10,937 nt of DNA from contig JAEORO010000062.1 of assembly GCA_016840855.1 (NCBI GenBank), positions 1-10,937 of the forward strand. Reading direction: 5' to 3'. The position numbers and the translations under genes are program-made. The stretch is from Candidatus Thorarchaeota archaeon. Lineage in GTDB: Archaea; Asgardarchaeota; Thorarchaeia; Thorarchaeales; Thorarchaeaceae. Below the pieces are notes generated by a model that worked only from the letters and a program-made list of their open reading frames with translations, had not been told where the DNA came from and searched no databases. This document shows positions 1 through 6,938 of this stretch, one piece after another; position 1 is the stretch's first letter; each line of letters opens with the position of its first letter.

Positions 1-75
1 AACTTACTCAGTAATCCGTTTATTGATGAAAATGACCAGGAAACAGTAATTCTGGGATTGAACTACTCCGACAAC

Positions 76-82
76 TTTAATA
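76..82 (+). promoter_or_regulatory. Putative archaeal TATA box of tRNA-Asp
   Basis: TTTAATA lies about 30 nt upstream of the mature tRNA 5' end (113), the usual archaeal spacing. Confidence 0.5.
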
Positions 83-112
83 GAAAATCAACAGTCGGGC
101 GGTCGGTAACGA

Positions 113-190
113 GCCCCTGTGGTGTAGTACGGTCTAGCATTCAAGACTGTCACTCTTGTGACCCGGGTTCAAATCCCGGCGGGGGCGCCA
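113..190 (+). tRNA. tRNA-Asp (anticodon GTC), intronless, CCA encoded
   Basis: Acceptor stem GCCCCTG/CGGGGGC, D-stem GTGT/GCAT, anticodon arm CAAGA-CTGTCAC-TCTTG (GTC at 149-151), T-arm CCGGG-TTCAAAT-CCCGG, discriminator G187, CCA 188-190, then the pyrimidine tract CTTCTTTT. Confidence 0.97.
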
Positions 191-200
191 CTTCTTTTCA
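133..200 (+). repeat. Direct repeat copy 1 (tRNA-Asp 3' part plus 10 nt of trailer), att-like
   Basis: Ungapped match to 1704-1771 at offset 1571, 64/68 identical (mismatches at 150, 175, 196, 197). Confidence 0.95.
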
Positions 201-437
201 CCAAATATCAAGAAACGACATTACAGCATATACTAGGAGAAGAACTAGAATGATGGCAATCGCCAATCCGTACGGTATGAAGAAGCTGAGAGAATATTCC
301 TGAAGAATTTGGATAATCATGTAGCCTGTTAATACTGACACAACGCAGACTAAAATACCAACAGTATCATGAAGATTCTTAATCTGTGCTTCAAGATGAC
401 CTAGGTCTGTGTCATCTTCTCGTGGCTTTTTCGACAA
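198..437 (-). CDS. Small membrane protein (N-terminal coiled coil plus 2 predicted TM helices), paralog A; hypothetical
   Basis: ORF 198..461. The likely start is TTG at 437, after GGTGAGGTG, giving 79 aa. Two hydrophobic segments. Ungapped 27/79 identity to the ORF at 1769..2008 supports a real gene. Confidence 0.8.
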   Translation of the reverse strand: MSKKPREDDTDLGHLEAQIKNLHDTVGILVCVVSVLTGYMIIQILQEYSLSFFIPYGLAIAIILVLLLVYAVMSFLDIW

Positions 438-562
438 TTTCACCTCACCACTACCCGACATGTTGGTTTGGTTTATGGGTCCTTATACATATTGCTTCAA
501 TGAGTTTTCTCCATTAAAGTCCTGAGAAGCGTATCTTCTTGTTAAGGAACAAAGTATGAAAG

Positions 563-985
563 CTAGATAGAGTCAATTTCTCTAATCCTACTTCTGACAA
601 TATCAGGAAGGGTTGTTCTCTCTGAGGACTTGTAATCATATACCACAATTTTAGATTCGCCGATCGCAGCGGTCCCCTTTGATTTGCTCTCGAGAATATA
701 TTCCATAATGAACTGGGTTGGTTCAATAGAGGTCACACGAGTCCCTACAGTAACTGTATCGGGATAAAATAGGGGTTTGATGAACTTAGCAGAGATGCTC
801 GCTAAAATCGGACCTATAGAGTGCTTCTCCATTGTTTCAATGAATCCAGCTCTCTCAAAGTACCTTATACGGGCAGTTTCAAAGTATCTGAAAAATCGTG
901 TGTTGTTTACATGATTAAATGCGTCCATATCTCCCCAAGCAATGGGAATATCAATTCTAATGTTGAAATCATCTAATGATGTCAT
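563..985 (-). CDS. Acyl-CoA thioesterase, 4HBT/YbgC-like hotdog fold
   Basis: WGDMDAFNHVNNTRFFRYFETAR matches the 4HBT-family D-x-x-x-H-V-N-N signature; also FIKPLFYPDTV. Start is ATG 985 or GTG 997. Confidence 0.92.
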   Translation of the reverse strand: MTSLDDFNIRIDIPIAWGDMDAFNHVNNTRFFRYFETARIRYFERAGFIETMEKHSIGPILASISAKFIKPLFYPDTVTVGTRVTSIEPTQFIMEYILESKSKGTAAIGESKIVVYDYKSSERTTLPDIVRSRIREIDSI

Positions 986-1020
986 ATACAACAACACACT
1001 CTTCTCATCGATTATTGATA

Positions 1021-1566
1021 CTACTTGAATGCTTGTTCGGCTTGCAATACGATGTTCCCGTATACTACGTGAATGAATCTCTTGTCGAACTCATATTCTT
1101 CTTCTAACATCGCATCTTTCTCAGCTTTGGTAAGGTATGTCATTGCTGATTTGAAGAAGACCTTATCCTCTTTCTCGATGTGTTTTGGATAGAAATCAAC
1201 GAGCTGTTGGATGATGTCTATTATGGTAACAAGAGCGGCACTATTGCCATCTTCATACTCCTCTTTGGCTTCCACAAGCCCACCAGTCAGTTTTCTTCCT
1301 AACACATGTTCCTGAATCAACTCTTCCATGATTTTTTTGTCAGCTGGTTTCAGTTTTTTCTTCTGCAGCTCACGAAACAAGATTTTTTCCTCTTTTCCAT
1401 GATGACACTGATCTGCATAGGTTCGGATGAAATTAGTTGTAGTATCAATCAATTTTGGATTTGCAGTTCCATCTTTCCTTATGCGCTTTAGCTCCCTCCC
1501 CATCACAGATATCATCCGTTCAATCAATCTGTGCTCAATCATAAGAGGGCCAATTGGAAGAACCAT
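1021..1566 (-). CDS. Hemerythrin / HHE cation-binding domain protein
   Basis: Di-iron ligand motifs EHRLI, HHGKEE-x-x-LF, EHVLG and HIEKED-x-x-FF. Confidence 0.92.
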   Translation of the reverse strand: MVLPIGPLMIEHRLIERMISVMGRELKRIRKDGTANPKLIDTTTNFIRTYADQCHHGKEEKILFRELQKKKLKPADKKIMEELIQEHVLGRKLTGGLVEAKEEYEDGNSAALVTIIDIIQQLVDFYPKHIEKEDKVFFKSAMTYLTKAEKDAMLEEEYEFDKRFIHVVYGNIVLQAEQAFK

Positions 1567-1703
1567 TTTCTTATCTCCTTTTCAACAATTATTCATTTTA
1601 GGCAGGTCATTTTGTGCAAATAGCAACTAAAAGGATGATTATATGACAAAGGTAATTGGAGAGCAAATAGGATGATGTGAGTTGTTACAGAAACCAGACT
1701 TCT

Positions 1704-1771
1704 TCTAGCATTCAAGACTGCCACTCTTGTGACCCGGGTTCAAATTCCGGCGGGGGCGCCACTTCTCCTCA
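1704..1771 (+). repeat. Direct repeat copy 2: 5'-truncated tRNA-Asp fragment (pseudo-tRNA, att-like remnant)
   Basis: Covers tRNA position ~20 through CCA (1759-1761) and lacks the 5' acceptor and D-stem strands. The anticodon reads GCC instead of GTC (1721), and T-stem C61 is changed to T (1746). Confidence 0.93.
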
Positions 1772-2008
1772 TCCCTTGTCTCTTGCTGAACTAAAAGCCC
1801 ATATGAGCAGAACTATGATAAGAGCTGCATAATATAGACGTGGATCGCCAAGGTAAGAGATAGAAAACTGTTCAATATACAGTAAGATAACGTATCCAGC
1901 TATCAAAAATACAACAATAATTAATGAAATTACAGCACAGCGAAGATTGTCTATCTGTATTTCGAGTTTTTTCATGTCTGTTTTATCACTAGATGATTCA
2001 TCTGACAA
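1769..2008 (-). CDS. Small membrane protein (coiled coil plus 2 TM), paralog B; hypothetical
   Basis: ORF 1769..2020. TTG at 2008 gives 79 aa exactly collinear with paralog A (GTG 2020 is the alternative start). Shared pattern TD-x3-LE-x-QI-x-NL-x3-V-x2-L-x2-VV-x4-GY. Confidence 0.8.
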   Translation of the reverse strand: MSDESSSDKTDMKKLEIQIDNLRCAVISLIIVVFLIAGYVILLYIEQFSISYLGDPRLYYAALIIVLLIWAFSSARDKG

Positions 2009-2125
2009 ATGCCATCCCACCTCTTTCCGTTTACTTTGTTATGTCCAAGTTTAGAACATTCTGCTACATTAATTCCACTACCACATCGCGACTAAGATAA
2101 GTAGATGTGATTTACTCCTAGGATT

Positions 2126-2590
2126 ATGATATCCTGTATCACGATGTTACTTGATCATAATCTTGCATGTAGAGGACCATTAATTCATACTCTAGAGAAA
2201 CTGGGTAATGACAAATTTGTTGGTAATCTAGGAGTAGGTAAAGGTTCGATACGCAACATCCTTACTCACCTAATGAACACAGAGAGATATTGGATATCAG
2301 TTTTGAATGGTAGCGAGTTTGAATCCATAGAACCTGAGAATCTAAGTGATATCCAATCCATCAAAGAAGTCTGGTTGGAAATTCAAGAGGAAACAACGAA
2401 TTTCATAGCTAATCTCAGTGGGAGTCAATTGCATCATGTTAAGAGCATTACTTTGGGTAGCCAAACAGTGAGTTTTACTATTGCAAAAGCATTGATTCAT
2501 ATGGCTAATCATGAAACGCATCATCGAGGCTTGTTGACAGGTTTGATTAGGTTAAATGGATTAGAGCCTCCTGACTTCAATATGATTTGA
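2126..2590 (+). CDS. DinB/YfiT-like family protein (putative metal-dependent thiol transferase/hydrolase fold)
   Basis: GSIRNILTHLMNTERYW and C-terminal HMANHETHHRG give the DinB His triad pattern; ~154 aa. Confidence 0.9.
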   Translation: MISCITMLLDHNLACRGPLIHTLEKLGNDKFVGNLGVGKGSIRNILTHLMNTERYWISVLNGSEFESIEPENLSDIQSIKEVWLEIQEETTNFIANLSGSQLHHVKSITLGSQTVSFTIAKALIHMANHETHHRGLLTGLIRLNGLEPPDFNMI

Positions 2591-2607
2591 GGGGGACTGA
2601 ATATCTG

Positions 2608-3612
2608 ATGACGAAATTCTTGAACACATGCTATGATGCGATAAGAAAACAGGAGCAAGCAATTCCTAGAACTATCGACATAGTTGATGAAACAGCTGCC
2701 GCAATAATTGAAGGAAAAGGAAAAATTGTCTTGATTGGATGCGGTGACTCATATGCAGTTGCTGATTATGGTAGGTGGGCGTTCTTAAGCGTTGGACTCA
2801 ATGCTCTTTTCGTTTCGCCAGACGAGATAGATTATCTACATCTTGACAAAGATTCTGTTGTAATTGGAATAACCGCATCAGGAAGGAGTCTGGCAACAAT
2901 AGAAGCTCTAAAGATAGCGAAATCAAAAGGCGCAGCAGTAGTTGTTTTGACTGACAATCAAAATGGAGCTGCTTCTCAAGAAGTTGATTATGTATGGGTT
3001 ACCAAATCTGGAGTTGAAACCTATAATACTAGTCCATCAGCACCTACTACATCTGCAATGACATATCTCCTGGCGGTTTCTTCTCAAATTGATGTTGAAT
3101 TTGATGTTAGCCTTCACCAGAGTATTAAACAGTTGAAAGATATTGGGAAACCTATGATGGTTTGGGCTGAAAAGGAAGGAGTTGCTATCTCCCAAATCAC
3201 TAGTCCCAATGTTCCTATATACCTCATATCCGAAGGGCCAAACTATATTGCAGCCCAGATAGGTATGATGAAGTTCAACGAATACTCTATCTTGAAAGGA
3301 TATACAGCCAATAGAGAAGACTTTCGACACCATTACAATCTATCAATCAATGATAATGAGAACGCTGTATTAATCACAGGAAACCCTGCTGATTCATCAG
3401 ATGATATTTACATGAACGTGCTCAAGAACAAGCTCAAAATGAGAGCATATCATCTCCATACTGACGAGAGGCTTGGATTAAGACACTCACTGACACAGGT
3501 CATTCCTAATACAATTGCGCTTCAAATGGCTGCGTATCACTCAGTTCTCAGATTTGACCCGAATAAAGAGTCATTCAAACTACCTCATGCTGAAGCATTC
3601 AAAATCTATTAG
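2608..3612 (+). CDS. Double-SIS domain sugar-phosphate isomerase/deaminase-like protein (GlmS C-terminal/FrlB/AgaS-like)
   Basis: GCGDSYA and ITASGRS phosphosugar-binding loops; GMMKFNE resembles GlmS GALKLKE; no glutaminase domain. Start is ATG 2608 (after GAGGGGG) or TTG 2587 overlapping the DinB stop. Confidence 0.85.
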   Translation: MTKFLNTCYDAIRKQEQAIPRTIDIVDETAAAIIEGKGKIVLIGCGDSYAVADYGRWAFLSVGLNALFVSPDEIDYLHLDKDSVVIGITASGRSLATIEALKIAKSKGAAVVVLTDNQNGAASQEVDYVWVTKSGVETYNTSPSAPTTSAMTYLLAVSSQIDVEFDVSLHQSIKQLKDIGKPMMVWAEKEGVAISQITSPNVPIYLISEGPNYIAAQIGMMKFNEYSILKGYTANREDFRHHYNLSINDNENAVLITGNPADSSDDIYMNVLKNKLKMRAYHLHTDERLGLRHSLTQVIPNTIALQMAAYHSVLRFDPNKESFKLPHAEAFKIY

Positions 3613-3670
3613 AAAGATAATATTGCATAATGGCGAAAGGTAACTAAGGGGGAAGCTGAAAGTTCAACTT

Positions 3671-4639
3671 GTGACATATGTGTTGGAACTTTTAGCTGAC
3701 ATTGGATCGCCAGACAGACGTAAAGAGGTTGCAGAATACATCAATGCCCATCCAAGTGATTTCGATAAAGTCCTTGATTCCATTTTCACAGGCACAGCAG
3801 ATGATAAAATGCAAGTCAAGCAGCACATACTTGACTTGATTGACCTCCTAAATTCAAAACTAGTGATTAGAGTAATTGAGCGCGTAATCACAGATTCAAA
3901 CGCACGCATCAGGGTGAGAGGGTTACAAGCTGCTTATAGAACCAGAATTGATTCTTTTAACCCTCAACTAGTTGAAATTCTTTCAAATGAACAAGAAGAG
4001 TTTGAGGTTAGAAAATGGGCGGTTCACATACTAGGTAGTACGGACCCAAGAGTCTATGGAAGGATTCTAAGAAAAACAGCGCGTGATATGCGTGAAGATA
4101 TGAACTTGAGAAAGGAAGCTATCTTTGCTCTGACAAGAGTTAGCGATGATGAAACATTAGGAACACTTTGTGCTCTTTTGGGAGATCCTAATGTTGAGAT
4201 AAGAATGTCTGGTGCATGGGCTCTCAGTAATATGGGAATACCTGAATCAATCAACTGTCTTCTTGCAGCACTTGAAGATGAATATGAGGGAGTAAGAGAC
4301 TGGGCAATTCGCGGACTTAGAGATATGGATGATACTAAGGCATTACAAGGGTTAGCTGATGCAATAACAAGAGTGCCTCCTACTGAACAAGTTCGAATGA
4401 TACGTCTGGTGATCGAAAGAAGATCTGAAATTATTCTCAGAGCAATAACAGAACTACTTGGTTCGGAAGATATTGAAGTGCTCCGGGTTGCAGCTTGGGC
4501 AATTGGAGTTTCACCATATCCACCAGCTATTCCAGCGTTGACAGACCTTTTGAAGCATCAGGATGAACAGGTCCGCAGTTACGCCAAGACTGCACTTGCA
4601 AGAAGTGGAGGAATTGACTCTACAGATATCCATCTTTGA
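3671..4639 (+). CDS. HEAT-repeat (PBS lyase HEAT-like) protein
   Basis: Recurring units L-x-D-x3-(V/I)R-x2-A-x2-AL, e.g. LLGDPNVEIRMSGAWAL, ALEDEYEGVRDWAIRGL, LLKHQDEQVRSYAKTAL. Confidence 0.9.
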   Translation: MTYVLELLADIGSPDRRKEVAEYINAHPSDFDKVLDSIFTGTADDKMQVKQHILDLIDLLNSKLVIRVIERVITDSNARIRVRGLQAAYRTRIDSFNPQLVEILSNEQEEFEVRKWAVHILGSTDPRVYGRILRKTARDMREDMNLRKEAIFALTRVSDDETLGTLCALLGDPNVEIRMSGAWALSNMGIPESINCLLAALEDEYEGVRDWAIRGLRDMDDTKALQGLADAITRVPPTEQVRMIRLVIERRSEIILRAITELLGSEDIEVLRVAAWAIGVSPYPPAIPALTDLLKHQDEQVRSYAKTALARSGGIDSTDIHL

Positions 4640-4646
4640 GCCTGAA

Positions 4647-5402
4647 CTACATCATCCCTTGATATAGACCTCCGTCCACAAGTAAAATTGCCCCATGGAT
4701 ATAGCTAGCAACAGGACTTAGAAGAAAGGCACATACTGGTCCGAACTCTTCTGGCGTTCCCATACGACCAAGCGGTATTTTTGCATTGATATTCTCCACT
4801 CCAGATTCAGAAGCAGCCATGAGTTGTTCCGTTCGTTCTGTAGAGATATAACCTGGACAAATTGCATTCACACGGATATTGTAAGGGGCTAGTTCACTAG
4901 CGAGTGTTCGCATCATTCCAATTACAGCGGGTCGGATTGCATTTGAAAGCAATAGATTATCAATTGGTTGTTTGACTGAGATTGAAGTACTGTATAGAAT
5001 TGACGGAGAGTTAGACATCTTGAGAAGGGGCAACGCTTCTCTTGTAAGCCAAACTGCACTCATAAGCGTTAGATCAATTGCCTTCTTCCAATCGTCATCT
5101 GACAGGTTTGAGAAAGTTCCGGGTGGAGGTCCTCCTGCATTGACAAAAAGCCCATCAATTTGGTCAGATTCATCTGCAATATTCCTAACGAGCTTTACAA
5201 CGTCCTCTTTCTTTGATAAGTCTGTGACATAATAATGAGCTGACGTACCAAGAGCCTTGGTAGCCCTCTTCAAGGATTCTTCAGTGCGTCCGCAGATTAT
5301 TACTTCTGCTCCTTCATTCATGAGCGATTTTGCAACACTAAAACCGAGACCCCGAGAGGCTGCCGTCACAAGGAAAGTTCGGTCTTTCAGGTCGAGATTC
5401 AT
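4647..5402 (-). CDS. Short-chain dehydrogenase/reductase (SDR, FabG-like)
   Basis: TAASRGLG Rossmann motif, NAGGPPPG, SNAIR in place of YxxxK (a known SDR subtype), NAICPG, and C-terminal VDGG. Confidence 0.93.
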   Translation of the reverse strand: MNLDLKDRTFLVTAASRGLGFSVAKSLMNEGAEVIICGRTEESLKRATKALGTSAHYYVTDLSKKEDVVKLVRNIADESDQIDGLFVNAGGPPPGTFSNLSDDDWKKAIDLTLMSAVWLTREALPLLKMSNSPSILYSTSISVKQPIDNLLLSNAIRPAVIGMMRTLASELAPYNIRVNAICPGYISTERTEQLMAASESGVENINAKIPLGRMGTPEEFGPVCAFLLSPVASYIHGAILLVDGGLYQGMM

Positions 5403-5453
5403 AGTTTATACTGTACTATTACTGCTGATAAGAGAAACGATGAGAGAAATCTT

Positions 5454-5741
5454 TTACATTGATGCAGGAAAAACAGGTTTCTCAGTCCGTGCTCCTAGAG
5501 TGATTTCAATATGTAGGAATGCTGAGCTAAGACGCTGAAAATCTTGTGGCACCTTTAATTTCCCAACATCAAGAGATGATAGGGCTGCCTCAATTTTCCG
5601 TATTGTGAGTTTTTTATTATCTTTTGAATTGAAAGCAACAAGTACACGGGTTTCATCAGGGTCAGGCATCTTATAGACTGACTGACACTTGATGCCTTTA
5701 TTTTCTAGAGCATGCTTAATCTTGGTTTCTAATGCTTTCAT
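5454..5741 (-). CDS. Hypothetical protein, 95 aa
   Basis: ATG-started ORF filling the gap, co-oriented with the SDR, with alternating helix/strand-like pattern; no recognisable motif. Confidence 0.7.
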   Translation of the reverse strand: MKALETKIKHALENKGIKCQSVYKMPDPDETRVLVAFNSKDNKKLTIRKIEAALSSLDVGKLKVPQDFQRLSSAFLHIEITLGARTEKPVFPASM

Positions 5742-5913
5742 AACTCGAATACACCAATAATTCGTACTTACTGGGATAGTTAAGCACCTGTATTAACTGG
5801 GTAATACTCTGTATTAGCGCCAAGAAGATACTCGGGATATCCGAGTGAATATGTTAACATTAGTATTCTTGCGTTCATCTCTCGTTTGATAAACGACTTA
5901 ATGGAAAGGTTGA

Positions 5914-6915
5914 ATGAGCGTGGAAATAATGGACAAGGATGGATTTCGAAAATATCTTACGGATAGGGATCAACCTATTCCTGAAGAAGAGATTGTTGAA
6001 AATACTAAAATGGTAGAGAGATTTGAAGAATTTTTGAAGCAATTAGAAAAGACTCTCGATACTGCATCAGAAGAGGAGTTCACCAAGTTCTCAAAAATTC
6101 TGATTGAAGAGGGATCTAATACCTATCTTAATTTTGTTGCATTATCTCGATATGCGTATTTCATAAAGAACATGGACCTATTCTTGCCAGTTCTGGCAAT
6201 ACTTGATGGGGGCGAAGTAATGAATGTTCTATATGAAAGACTTGGAGAATATGCTGGTGAAGTGAAACGTGATGAGATTCTTCGGAAAGGAGATTTGCCT
6301 CCGTTAGGAATGCCAAATACCGAGAAGATGAAGTTCACTCAAGAGATAGTAGAGAAGATGGAAAAGGTTCTGGACCCTTTAGAATGTAAGAAGATTCTAG
6401 CTGATGTTGCTCATGGTTTACCTCGTGACTTCAGAAAAGGAGAGCGAGAAAAATTCTTGAAAGCTGGAAGTATTGATGAATATCTAAAACAGAAAAGAAA
6501 GAATGCCATAGAAGAATTAGAAAAACACAGAGACGAGGGAACATTGTTTTTCAACCAGTATATCACTGATGATGTTGTCGATTTTGTAAAGAGTCGTCCT
6601 GATGTTTTGAGTGGTGAAAGAAGAGGAAATACTATCTATCATACTAAGATTCCGTACATGGTACAAGAATACCTAAAGGAAACTGATGAGAGAATGAAGC
6701 GGTACTATGCATGTCATTGCGCATGGGCTCGCGAGGCAATCCTTGATGATAATGTTGACGTATCAGTAAACTTCTGCCATTGTAGTGGAGGATTTACCAA
6801 AATGCCTTGGGAAGCTGCGTTGGACCGACCTCTGGAGTATGATATGGTCAAGTCTGTACTTCAAGGAGATTTAGAGTGCAGCTTTGTGATTCATCTTCCT
6901 GATGATATTGTGTGA
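5914..6915 (+). CDS. Cys-rich uncharacterised protein, DUF6144-like C-terminal domain (probably metal-binding)
   Basis: 333-aa ORF with YYACHCAW, FCHCSGGF and SVLQGDLECSFVI motifs; family assignment is from recalled motif pattern, not a search. Confidence 0.75.
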   Translation: MSVEIMDKDGFRKYLTDRDQPIPEEEIVENTKMVERFEEFLKQLEKTLDTASEEEFTKFSKILIEEGSNTYLNFVALSRYAYFIKNMDLFLPVLAILDGGEVMNVLYERLGEYAGEVKRDEILRKGDLPPLGMPNTEKMKFTQEIVEKMEKVLDPLECKKILADVAHGLPRDFRKGEREKFLKAGSIDEYLKQKRKNAIEELEKHRDEGTLFFNQYITDDVVDFVKSRPDVLSGERRGNTIYHTKIPYMVQEYLKETDERMKRYYACHCAWAREAILDDNVDVSVNFCHCSGGFTKMPWEAALDRPLEYDMVKSVLQGDLECSFVIHLPDDIV

Positions 6916-6938
6916 CGAAGTCATAAGATAGATACGTG

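Noticed and set aside
58-303. 81-aa plus-strand ORF
   Set aside because: It runs through the tRNA-Asp gene and overlaps paralog A on the opposite strand; its central sequence is just translated tRNA.
514-726. 70-aa minus-strand ORF
   Set aside because: Alternative frame overlapping the thioesterase, with no motif.
1306-1630. Plus-strand ORFs 1306..1491 and 1427..1630
   Set aside because: Antisense shadows of the hemerythrin gene.
1704-1761. Calling the second copy a functional tRNA-Gly(GCC)
   Set aside because: It has no 5' acceptor or D-stem strand upstream, C61 is mutated, and the body is tRNA-Asp.
113-1771. Provirus or autonomous integrative element between the repeats
   Set aside because: Only ~1.5 kb, with no integrase (including split SSV-type), capsid or replication gene visible.
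3671-4639. HEAT protein as a eukaryotic signature (coat/karyopherin-like) protein
   Set aside because: The short repeats match the widespread prokaryotic PBS-lyase HEAT type; nothing specific points to a eukaryote-like family.
4647-5402. SDR lacking YxxxK as a pseudo-enzyme
   Set aside because: The SN-x-x-R variant together with NAGGPP is a common SDR subfamily.
2342-5538. Short antisense ORFs 2342..2524, 3037..3333, 3664..3909, 4054..4254, 4972..5232 and 5257..5538
   Set aside because: All lie opposite better-supported genes and have no recognisable motifs.
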